Shown here piece by piece: positions 40,463-48,865 of a stretch of 64,000 nt of DNA. The stretch is from an uncultured Actinomycetes bacterium. GTDB lineage: Bacteria; Actinomycetota; Acidimicrobiia; Spongiisociales; DATADW01. Below the pieces are notes generated by a model. That model did not search any database. It was not told the origin of the DNA and saw only the letters and a list, made by a program, of their open reading frames with translations. The DNA lies in contig CAWGRK010000010.1 in NCBI GenBank assembly GCA_963824995.1, positions 184,928 through 248,927 of the forward strand, read 5' to 3'. Position 1 is the stretch's first letter, and every line of letters begins with the position of its first letter. A program made the translations under genes and the position numbers.

Positions 40463-42061
40463 ATGGAGGTCCTCCCGAGCAGGATCGATACTTCCGACGG
40501 AGAGTTTCGGGCGAACCGCCAGGCGATGGTGGAGCGGCTCGAGGAGTTCGAGCGACTGCTCGCCCAGGCGCGCGCCGGCGGGGGCGAGAAGTACGTGGCC
40601 CGTCACCGTTCCCGCGGCAAGCTGCTGGCGCGGGAACGGATCGAGCTTCTGGTCGACCGAGACTCACCATTCCTCGAGCTGTCCACGTTGGCCGCATGGG
40701 GGTCGGACAAGCCCCTCGGCGCCAACGTGGTCACGGGGGTCGGGGTGGTCTCCGGAGTGGAGTGCGTCATCTCCGCCCACGACCCCACCAGCCAGGCGGG
40801 GTCGTCCAACCGCTACTCGCTGGCCAAGTCGCTGCGCGCCCAGGACATAGCGAGAGAGAACCGCCTCCCCTTGATCAATCTGGTCGAATCGGGCGGCGCC
40901 GATCTGCCCGATCAGGCCGAGGTGTTCATCACTGGGGGCAAATGGTTCCGCAACCTCACCCAACTGTCCAAGGATGGAATCCCCACCATCGCCATCGTGT
41001 TCGGGAACTCCACCGCCGGCGGCGCCTACGTGCCGGCGATGTGCGACTACGCCGTGATGGTCAAGGAGCGCGCCAAGGTCTTTCTGGGTGGGCCGCCGCT
41101 GGTCAAGATGGCCACCGGTGAGGAATCCACCGACGAGGAGTTGGGGGGTGCCGAGATGCATTCCCGCACATCCGGGTTATCGGACTATTTCGCCGTCGAT
41201 GAGCACGACGCCATCCGGATCGGCCGTGAAATCGTCGTCCATCTCAACTGGCGGAAGAACGGGCCCGGGCCGAGCATGCCGAGCGAGGATCCCGTCCACG
41301 ATCTCGAGGACCTGCTCGGGATCGTCCCGCGCGATCTCCGCGTCCCCTTCGACATGCGAGAGGTGCTCGCCAGGGTGCTCGACGGGTCCCTGTTCGACGA
41401 GTACAAGCCGCTGTACGGAACGTCGATGGTGACCGGATGGGGTTCGATCCACGGCTATCCGGTGGGTGTCGTCGCCAACCAGCAGGGCGTGATCTTCTCC
41501 GAGGAAGCCAACAAAGCCACCGAGTTCATCCAACTGTGCAACCGCTACGACACACCGATCGTCTTCGTGCACAACACCACCGGGTACATGGTGGGGAGGG
41601 ACTATGAGCAGCGGGGGATCATCAAGGACGGCGCCAAGATGATCAATGCCGTCGCCAACTCTGCGGTTCCCCACATCGCCCTGATGGCAGGCGTCTCATA
41701 CGGGGCGGGGAACTATGGGATGAGTGGAAAGTCCTACAACCCTCGATTCGTGTTCGGATGGCCAACCCACAAGGTCGCCGTGATGGGCCCCAAACAACTC
41801 GCCGGTGTCATGTCGATCATCGGACGACAGGCCGCCGCGGCGCAAGGACGCGAGCCGGACGAGGAAGCCGACGCTGCGATGAGTGCCGCCATCGAAGCCC
41901 AGATCGAGCACGAGGAGCAGGCCTACTTCTCGACCGCCCGGGTGCGCGACGACGGGCTGTTCGACCCCCGGGACACTCGAACGGTGCTCGGAATCGGCCT
42001 CTCGGCGGCGCACTCGGGCCCGGTGCGGGGCACGGCGAAGTTCGGTGTCTTCAGGATGTGA
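40463..42061 (+). CDS. Acyl-CoA carboxylase carboxyltransferase (beta) subunit, MCC/GCC-like
   Basis: RGKLLARERI, VESGGADL, GNSTAGGAY, GAGNYGM, FGVFRM. Confidence 0.93.
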   Translation: MEVLPSRIDTSDGEFRANRQAMVERLEEFERLLAQARAGGGEKYVARHRSRGKLLARERIELLVDRDSPFLELSTLAAWGSDKPLGANVVTGVGVVSGVECVISAHDPTSQAGSSNRYSLAKSLRAQDIARENRLPLINLVESGGADLPDQAEVFITGGKWFRNLTQLSKDGIPTIAIVFGNSTAGGAYVPAMCDYAVMVKERAKVFLGGPPLVKMATGEESTDEELGGAEMHSRTSGLSDYFAVDEHDAIRIGREIVVHLNWRKNGPGPSMPSEDPVHDLEDLLGIVPRDLRVPFDMREVLARVLDGSLFDEYKPLYGTSMVTGWGSIHGYPVGVVANQQGVIFSEEANKATEFIQLCNRYDTPIVFVHNTTGYMVGRDYEQRGIIKDGAKMINAVANSAVPHIALMAGVSYGAGNYGMSGKSYNPRFVFGWPTHKVAVMGPKQLAGVMSIIGRQAAAAQGREPDEEADAAMSAAIEAQIEHEEQAYFSTARVRDDGLFDPRDTRTVLGIGLSAAHSGPVRGTAKFGVFRM

Positions 42062-42104
42062 AGCGGAGTCCCCCGGATCGGGACGACAACTACGCTCAGC
42101 CACC

Positions 42105-44066
42105 GTGACCCGCATCACCAAGCTGGTCGTGGCCAACCGCGGCGAGATCGCGCGACGGGTTGCCCGCACCGCCAAAGCGATGGGGATATCGACGGTCGCG
42201 GTGTTCTCCGAACCCGATGCACATGCGCCGTTCGTAACCGAGGCCGACGAATCGGTCCCGCTCGGGGGCAGCACTCCGGCTGACTCCTACCTCCGAGGCG
42301 ACAGCATCATCGCCGCCGCAAAGCTGACCGGGGCGGATGCGGTCCACCCCGGGTACGGGTTCCTCGCCGAGAGCGCGCCCTTCGCCCAGGCGGTGATCGA
42401 CGCCGGCCTCATTTGGGTGGGACCGCCACCCACGGCGATCTCGGCGATGGGCTCCAAGCTGGAGGCGAAGAGGATGATGGAGGAAGCGGGCGTCCCCACC
42501 CTGCCCTCGGTGGACCTCACCGGCCTCGACGACGAAGGCACTGAGAGCGCGGCGGAACAGATCGGCTGGCCGGTCCTGGTCAAGGCGTCGGCCGGTGGCG
42601 GGGGCAAGGGGATGCGCGTCGTCAGGATCGGTGCCGACCTGCTCGAGGCGGTGGAGGGATCCGCCAGGGAGGCCGGGGCTGCGTTCGGTGATGCCACCGT
42701 CTTCCTGGAGAAGTACCTGGAAGGGGCACGCCATGTCGAGGTCCAGGTCCTCGCCGACACGCTAGGGACCTTCATCCACCTCTTCGAACGGGACTGCTCG
42801 ATCCAGCGCCGCCACCAAAAGATCATCGAGGAGTCGCCCTCCCCGGCCGTCGGGCCCGAGTTGCGCGCCCGCATGGGTGAGGCCGCCATCGCCGCTGCCC
42901 GCGCCGTCGGCTACGCCTCGGCGGGGACTGTCGAGTTCCTCCTCGACCAGGACCAATTCTGGTTCCTAGAGATGAACACCAGGCTCCAAGTGGAACACCC
43001 GGTCACCGAGGCAGTCACCGGCCTCGACCTCGTAAGGCTCCAACTGCTCGTCGCACAGGGCGAACCGCTCCCCGATGATGCGATCGCCGCCGAGATGCGG
43101 GGTCACGCCGTCGAGGCCCGGATCTATGCAGAGGATGCCACCACCTACTTCCTACCAGCCACCGGGATGCTGCACCGCTTCCGCATCACAGGCGCGAGGG
43201 TTGACACGGGTGTCGAGGACGGCTCGGAGGTCACCGTCCACTACGACCCGATGCTGGCCAAGGTGATAGCCCATGCGCCCACCCGCACCGAGGCCGTCGC
43301 GGTTCTGACGGCGGCGCTCGCCGGTGCCCAGATCCACGGTGTCACCACCAACAGGGACCTGCTGGTTCGGGTCCTCCGTCACCCGGAATTCGTCGCCGGC
43401 GAGGCCGATACCGATTTCCTCGACCGTCACGACCCGGCCGAGTTGGGGCGGCCGCTCGTCACCTATACGGAGATGTCGCTCCACGCCGTGGCCGCCGCTC
43501 TGGCTGCCCAGGCGGTGCGGCGCGAGGCGCCCACGGTTATGTCGGGGTTCCCCTCTGGGTGGCGCAACAACCCGTCGCAGCCACAGCGCGCCGTTTACCA
43601 CGGACCACACGGGGAGGTGACGGTTGGGTACCGCTTCACCCGTGGCGGCCTCGAGATCGAGGTGGACGGAGTGTCGATTCCGGACCTGGCCGTCGTCGGG
43701 ATCACCGAGAGCACGGTGGACATCGAATCCAGCGGCGTTCGGCGCCGGTACCGCGTCCACAACCGCGGTGGGGAGAATTGGGTAGATGGTCCCGACGGAT
43801 GCTCCCACCTCGTCGAGCATCCCCGCTTCGCAGAGGCGGTCCTCGAGGAGGTTCCCGGTTCGCTCCACGCCCCGATGCCGGGCAGAGTCGTAAAGGTGCT
43901 CGTCGCCAAGGACGATCCGGTGGAGGCCGGACAGGCACTGCTGATCCTCGAGGCTATGAAGATGGAGCACACGCTCCGCGCTCCCCACGCCGGAAAGGTG
44001 ACCTCTGTGGAAGCTCAACCGGAGGACCAGGTGGAAGCCGATCAGGTCCTCGTGATTGTCGAATGA
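42105..44066 (+). CDS. Acyl-CoA carboxylase alpha subunit (biotin carboxylase + BCCP)
   Basis: ANRGEIA, GGGGKGMR, EMNTRLQVEHP, EAMKM. Confidence 0.95.
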   Translation: MTRITKLVVANRGEIARRVARTAKAMGISTVAVFSEPDAHAPFVTEADESVPLGGSTPADSYLRGDSIIAAAKLTGADAVHPGYGFLAESAPFAQAVIDAGLIWVGPPPTAISAMGSKLEAKRMMEEAGVPTLPSVDLTGLDDEGTESAAEQIGWPVLVKASAGGGGKGMRVVRIGADLLEAVEGSAREAGAAFGDATVFLEKYLEGARHVEVQVLADTLGTFIHLFERDCSIQRRHQKIIEESPSPAVGPELRARMGEAAIAAARAVGYASAGTVEFLLDQDQFWFLEMNTRLQVEHPVTEAVTGLDLVRLQLLVAQGEPLPDDAIAAEMRGHAVEARIYAEDATTYFLPATGMLHRFRITGARVDTGVEDGSEVTVHYDPMLAKVIAHAPTRTEAVAVLTAALAGAQIHGVTTNRDLLVRVLRHPEFVAGEADTDFLDRHDPAELGRPLVTYTEMSLHAVAAALAAQAVRREAPTVMSGFPSGWRNNPSQPQRAVYHGPHGEVTVGYRFTRGGLEIEVDGVSIPDLAVVGITESTVDIESSGVRRRYRVHNRGGENWVDGPDGCSHLVEHPRFAEAVLEEVPGSLHAPMPGRVVKVLVAKDDPVEAGQALLILEAMKMEHTLRAPHAGKVTSVEAQPEDQVEADQVLVIVE

Positions 44067-44151
44067 GAGGACCTCTGGTTGCCCTCCCGCCCGAGTTGCG
44101 CCGGCCCGAGCAGCGCCGGCCGAGTGGCGCCGGCCCGAGTACCGTTGACCT

Positions 44152-44936
44152 GTGGACGACGTCCTCGCCGACCTGGACCAGATCGAGCGCTCGCTCGACG
44201 CCATCCTCCAGCCGCTCGACGACGAGGCATGGCGACGACCGACCCCCGCCGAGGGCTGGAGCATCGGTGACACTGTCAGCCACCTCGCCTGGTTCGAGGA
44301 GCAGGCCGAACTGGCGGCTCGCGATCCGGACAAGTTCGCCTCCTCGTTGAATGAGCTGCTCGGTGGCGGGGTGGACGAATACATGGCGGTGGCGATCGAT
44401 CTCGGCCGCGACAAGACCGGCTCGGAATTGCTCGACTGGTGGCGCCGGGCGCGGGGGCCGCCCAAGATGCGTTCCGCGGTCTCGACCCGGCGGGCCGTGT
44501 CCTCTGGTTCGGGCCGTCGATGGCGAGCCGCACCTTCGTCGGGGCGCGAGTGATGGAGACATTCGCTCACGGGACCGATGTCGCCGATTCCCTGGGTGTC
44601 CCCTTCCGCGTCGGTGACCCACTGCGTCACGTCGCCGCCCTCGGTGTGAAGACGTTCGGTTGGAGTTTCCAGAACCGAGGGCTCGCCGTCCCCGACCATC
44701 GGGTTCGCATCGAGTTGACCGACGCCAACGGCGAGGTGCACCGCTGGAACGAGAACGACACCCAGTCGATCGTCGGCACGCTCGAGGACTTCTCACTGGT
44801 GGTGACCCAGCGGCGCCACGTGGACGACACCGCGCTGATGGTTGACGGCCCGATCGCCCGGCAATGGATGGAGATAGCCCAGTGTTTCGCCGGCCCACCC
44901 AGCGTTGGGCGCCAGCGTGCGAAAGGTGGCCGCTAG
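44152..44936 (+). CDS. TIGR03084-like MDMPI/DinB-superfamily metal-binding protein (frameshift at G-run 44453-44457)
   Basis: PTPAEGWSIGDTVSHLA; WFGPSM, ARVMETFAHGTD, VTQRRH, AQCFAGPP. Confidence 0.85.
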
Positions 44937-45907
44937 GGCGAGTCGACGGGAAGCGGCTGCTCGATCACCTCGGGCGGAGTCGGCTTGCCCGCTCTGACGA
45001 AGGCGGCGCCGCCGGCGAGCAAGCCGGCGGCAGCCGGGATCCAATAGGACACCAGCCTGTAGACCAGAATCGCCGGGAGGGCTGGTTTGAGGATCCACCC
45101 CGAACGCCGCCAACGCCCCCACCAGACCGGCTTCGACCAGCCCTATTCCCCCCGGGGGTCCGGGAAGGCCGCCGACGAGCTGGGAGAAGCCGTACGCGGC
45201 GAACAAGGCCGGAACTGGCAGATCGATTCCAACCGGTCCCAGCACCAGGCCGAGAGCCAGCACCTCGAAACCGGTGCGGGCGAGCACCGTCATCACCTCG
45301 GCGAAAGTCACGGGCCGGTCGATGAGGGTTGCCGAAACCCGCTTGCGCGCACCCTCCGGTACGAGTCCGACCAGAGTCGCCAGCCGGCCGGAGCCGGCCA
45401 GACGATGCCGCCGAGCACGACGAGGATGATCCCCAGGACGACCATCGACACGGTGAGCGTGGTCTCGAGACCGAGCAGGGCGGCCCACAGGGCACCAATT
45501 CCGGTGACCATCAGCAGTGAGCCGTAGGCGAGAACCGTCGCCCTCGCCGCCGGACCACCGGTCCTGGGCGCCTCCGACCGCACCGTCCATGCCATGGCGG
45601 CCGGGGTGAACACGCCGCCGGCGGGTATGAGTCTGGCAACTCCGGTCGCCACCAGAGCGGCCTTGAATCCGCCCCACCGGCTCACGGCAACACCCGACAG
45701 CGCTGCCGCTTCGATGAAATTGAGCCCAAATGCGGCGATTGCGGCGGTGTGCGCCAGCAGCGAAGCCACCAGCGACAGCCAGACCGTGAGATCGAATGCC
45801 GGGAGCCGGGTTCGCTCGCCCAAAAAGCCGGCTGCGACAAGGTAGGCGCCCACCCCCAGGGCGACCCACGCCGGCCATTGCAGCCAGCGCGACTGCGGTA
45901 GCCGCAC
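44933..45907 (-). CDS. Lysylphosphatidylglycerol-synthase-like/flippase membrane protein (frameshifts near 45370 and 45082)
   Basis: Multi-TM; RLIPAGG, PGGIGLVEAGL, then LVYRLVSYWIP in a third frame ending at 44933. Confidence 0.7.
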
Positions 45908-45910
45908 CCC

Positions 45911-46552
45911 TCAGCCGTCCAGTTTGCTCATGGCGCGGTCGGTGTCGAAGACCATCCGCTGAGCGGCCGCCTGCCAGCCGCGGACTGCATCGGCGTTCCC
46001 CTGCATTCGGCGGATCAGGATGAGCACGGCGAGCCCCGCGGTCACCGGGACCGCAACCTGCGGCACCTGGGGCACGTCTATGAGCGCCGCCACGAAGGGG
46101 AGAGCGGTCCATCCGATGAACCCGGCGATTCCTCCCCCGATCCACCATCCGGCGATGCCCCACACCAACGGCCAGAGGAGGAGCAGCGGCGACATGGCGA
46201 GGACGACCCCAGCCGCGGTGGCCAATCCCCGCCCCGATCGGAAACCCATGAACACCGACCAGTTGTGACCCACGACGGTGGCGAGTGCGGTGAGGACGAG
46301 GACGAGATCCGGGATATTGCCGAGGAGCGGCAACACGATGAAGAGACCCTTGAACCCGTCGAGCAGACCGGCGGTCAACGCCGCCGGAAATCCGACCACC
46401 CGGCGTAGGTTCCCCGCCCCGGGGTTACCCGTCCCCTCGTTTCTGAGGTCTACTCCAGAGGCTTTCCCAACAAGATAGGAAAAGGGAATCGAGCCGATCA
46501 GGTATGCCCCCACGGGCAAGACCAGCAATAGCCACCATTCGTTCGTCGTCAC
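45911..46552 (-). CDS. plsY: Acyl-phosphate:glycerol-3-phosphate acyltransferase
   Basis: YLIGSIPF, GTGNPGAGN, DGFKG, VGHNW, GRGLATAAG. Confidence 0.88.
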   Translation of the reverse strand: MTTNEWWLLLVLPVGAYLIGSIPFSYLVGKASGVDLRNEGTGNPGAGNLRRVVGFPAALTAGLLDGFKGLFIVLPLLGNIPDLVLVLTALATVVGHNWSVFMGFRSGRGLATAAGVVLAMSPLLLLWPLVWGIAGWWIGGGIAGFIGWTALPFVAALIDVPQVPQVAVPVTAGLAVLILIRRMQGNADAVRGWQAAAQRMVFDTDRAMSKLDG

Positions 46553-46596
46553 CGAGCGGCGACGTTACCAGCAGGGGCCTGTGGGTCCGGGTGACC

Positions 46597-47766
46597 TCAT
46601 TCCACCTTCCACTCCCGCTCGAGCGTATCGGCGAGGTGGGGGGCGAACAGCTCCGGTTCGAGGAGGAAGGAGTCGTGGCCTTTGTCGGAGTGGACGGTGA
46701 TCCGCCTCACCGGCACCTTCGCGCTCTTGAGCACACCAACCAGCGCCTCCTGTTCCTCGGGGTAGTAGCAGACGTCTGAATCGATGCTGAAGACCATGTA
46801 ACGCTGATGCCTGCAGCGGGCGAAGGCAGGCACAGCCGATCCGCCGTGCTCCGCCACCAGGTCGTAGCGCTGCCACGCCTCCATGAGCAAAAGGTAGGTG
46901 TTGGCGTCGAAGCGGAGGACGAACTTGCTCCCCTGGTGCCACATGTACGACTCGAGGGGGTGCCGGATCCGGCCCCCGAGCGCATCCCCGGGCGAGGTGA
47001 CTTCACCCCTGGCGCGCTCTTCGATTGCGGACAGCGACACGAAAGTCTTGTGGCCGATCATCCGGGCCAGAGCCAGACCCCGGTCGGGCGGGGATCCGCC
47101 GTAGAAGTCACCGCCGGCGAAGTCGGGGTCGTGGAGGATGGCCACCTTCTGCTCGAAGTTGTGGAGACGTTGCAGCACCGTCGTCGCCAGCCCGGTTGCA
47201 ATCGGTATGACGATCGAGACACGCTGGGGGTACCGGGTGGCGAGGCTGAGGCACATTTGCCCGCCGACCGATCCCCCCACGACGGCATGAAGGCGGTCAA
47301 TCCCCAGGTGATCGAGCAGCCGCACCTGACTGTCGACTATGTCGTCAAACGTCACCGCCGGGAAGGTCGAGCCGTAGGGCCGGCCCGTCTCCGGGTCGAG
47401 GCTGGCAGGACCGGTGGACCCGTAGCAGCCACCCAGGTAGTTGACGCAGAGCACGGCGAACCGGTCCGTGTCTATTGCGCGGCCCGACCCGATGAATGGG
47501 TCCCACCAACCCGGACAGCACTCCTCGGTCCAGCGGTCGCCGATCCCGCCCACCATCTCGTTCCACCCGGCGGCGTGCTGGCTGCCGGTGAGAGCATGGA
47601 TGACCAGGACCACATTGTCCTTGTCAGGGGAAACCTCGCCGTAAAGCTCGTATGCCAGGGTCACCTGGGCAAGCGATGCCCCGCTCTGGAGACGCACCCG
47701 GTCGTCCGGTCCTCCGTAGGTGAAGAACCGGGTGGTGACGGCGCCGATCGACCCACCTGGATCCAT
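46597..47766 (-). CDS. metX: Homoserine O-acetyltransferase
   Basis: HALTG, GWW..IG, GGSVGG, RFDANTY, GHDSFLLE. Confidence 0.92.
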   Translation of the reverse strand: MDPGGSIGAVTTRFFTYGGPDDRVRLQSGASLAQVTLAYELYGEVSPDKDNVVLVIHALTGSQHAAGWNEMVGGIGDRWTEECCPGWWDPFIGSGRAIDTDRFAVLCVNYLGGCYGSTGPASLDPETGRPYGSTFPAVTFDDIVDSQVRLLDHLGIDRLHAVVGGSVGGQMCLSLATRYPQRVSIVIPIATGLATTVLQRLHNFEQKVAILHDPDFAGGDFYGGSPPDRGLALARMIGHKTFVSLSAIEERARGEVTSPGDALGGRIRHPLESYMWHQGSKFVLRFDANTYLLLMEAWQRYDLVAEHGGSAVPAFARCRHQRYMVFSIDSDVCYYPEEQEALVGVLKSAKVPVRRITVHSDKGHDSFLLEPELFAPHLADTLEREWKVE

Positions 47767-47790
47767 GTGGGCGAGAACGGTAGATCAAGA

Positions 47791-47825
47791 GACGGAGGAC
47801 GGCGGACGGCGGACGGCAGACGGCA
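47791..47825. repeat. Heptamer tandem repeat GACGG(AG/CG/CA) x5
   Basis: gacggag gacggcg gacggcg gacggca gacggca. Confidence 0.8.
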
Positions 47826-47861
47826 GCCAGAAGGCTGAGTGGGAGTTCCTATGGGGGGTGC

Positions 47862-48020
47862 CTGAGGGGGGTGGCTCCTGCCTGCCCCCCTCAGTCTGGT
47901 CGGGGCCGGCGTGTACGGCCCGACCAGGAGAAATGGGCGCGGCCGAAGGCCGCTCGTTTGGACACGCCCGGCGGCCTGCCGCCGGGCGAGAGCTCAACTG
48001 AATCGGTCGGTTCAACCGAC
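47862..48020. repeat. Cluster of five GC-rich hairpins (REP/MITE-like)
   Basis: ctgagggggg/cccccctcag, ctggtcggg/cccgaccag, gcggcc-gaa-ggccgc, cgcccggcggc/gccgccgggcg, gtcggtt/aaccgac. Confidence 0.6.
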
Positions 48021-48040
48021 GAGATGCAAGCTGGGGTGCA

Positions 48041-48451
48041 TCACTTGGCGAGCGAAGCCGGGTCGACGTCGATGTCCACTAAGGCGGCAATGCGGTTGAG
48101 GTCCGCGTCGCGGGCCAGGAGCGATGCTCTGGTCCGCCAGGCGACCGCGGCGATCATGCAGTCGACCATCCCCCTCGGAGTGATCCCAGAGCGCCGGCAC
48201 CTTCGGTAAATGGTGGCGGCGCCTTCGAAATCGACCACCGAATCGAACCGGAGGAGATGGAATCTCAGCAACAGGCGGCGGAGATCAGAAGCGCTCGCCT
48301 CGTCGTGAGCTCCGGCGAGAACTTCCATAGCAACCGGCTCCGTGACGGCGAGTTCGGCGCCGGCCGCGATCAGCTCGGTGAGGCGCCGGTCTACCCGGCT
48401 GCCGGTGCTCCGGTCGTACTCGACCCATGCCGAGGTGTGTACGAGTATCAC
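48041..48451 (-). CDS. vapC: VapC PIN-domain toxin
   Basis: ILVHTSAW, EVLAG, DCMIAA, RDADL; overlaps the antitoxin stop. Confidence 0.88.
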   Translation of the reverse strand: MILVHTSAWVEYDRSTGSRVDRRLTELIAAGAELAVTEPVAMEVLAGAHDEASASDLRRLLLRFHLLRFDSVVDFEGAATIYRRCRRSGITPRGMVDCMIAAVAWRTRASLLARDADLNRIAALVDIDVDPASLAK

Positions 48452-48654
48452 GACCTTGGGCCGGCGTCCTCGGGTGGTGTTGCTATGGCGTGGGCGCCGC
48501 GCATCTTCAGCGCCTCCTCACGGGTCATCGGCAGCCCGGCAAGCTGTCTCAGCGCAAGGTCGACTGCCTCGGTCTTGGTCCTGACCCCGTACCGGTCCAT
48601 GATCGCCTCGACGTAGCGGTCCTCGATCTCGATATTGGTACGAACCCGGCTCAT
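48448..48654 (-). CDS. vapB: VapB antitoxin
   Basis: RTNIEIED...TKTEAVDLALR. Confidence 0.88.
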   Translation of the reverse strand: MSRVRTNIEIEDRYVEAIMDRYGVRTKTEAVDLALRQLAGLPMTREEALKMRGAHAIATPPEDAGPRS

Positions 48655-48660
48655 ACACCA

Positions 48661-48679
48661 AGTCTACACCTAATGTGTA
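48661..48679 (-). promoter_or_regulatory. vapBC leaderless promoter (-10 TAGACT) overlapping inverted repeat TACAC-N5-GTGTA
   Basis: Minus strand atacacattaggtgTAGACTtggtgtATG. Confidence 0.6.
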
Positions 48680-48798
48680 TATTCGGTGTACTCAGCCGAC
48701 CATCCCTCAAGATCTCTGGGAAAAGCCGAAGGACGGAGGAAGGGCAGCGGTAACCCGGTCGAAACAGAGCCGACACCCAGCCCACCTACCGTGCAGAG

Positions 48799-48862
48799 GT
48801 CCCGCTCTCTCCTCCTCCAGCGGGAAAGCGGATGGGACCGGGGCATCCGCCCCGGTCCCATC
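48799..48862 (+). ncRNA. Candidate sRNA with anti-SD loop; second hairpin may also terminate hppA
   Basis: TACCGT at 48787; stem cccgct/agcggg with loop ctctcctcctcc; 14-bp stem gatgggaccggggc/gccccggtcccatc. Confidence 0.4.
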
Positions 48863-48865
48863 AAA

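Noticed and set aside
47784..47830. ATCAAGAG-like start of a SAM-I riboswitch near metX
   Set aside because: It is on the strand opposite to metX, the other SAM-I core motifs are absent, and the sequence is explained by the heptamer array
47862..48020. Group II intron remnant
   Set aside because: No domain V consensus and no reverse transcriptase
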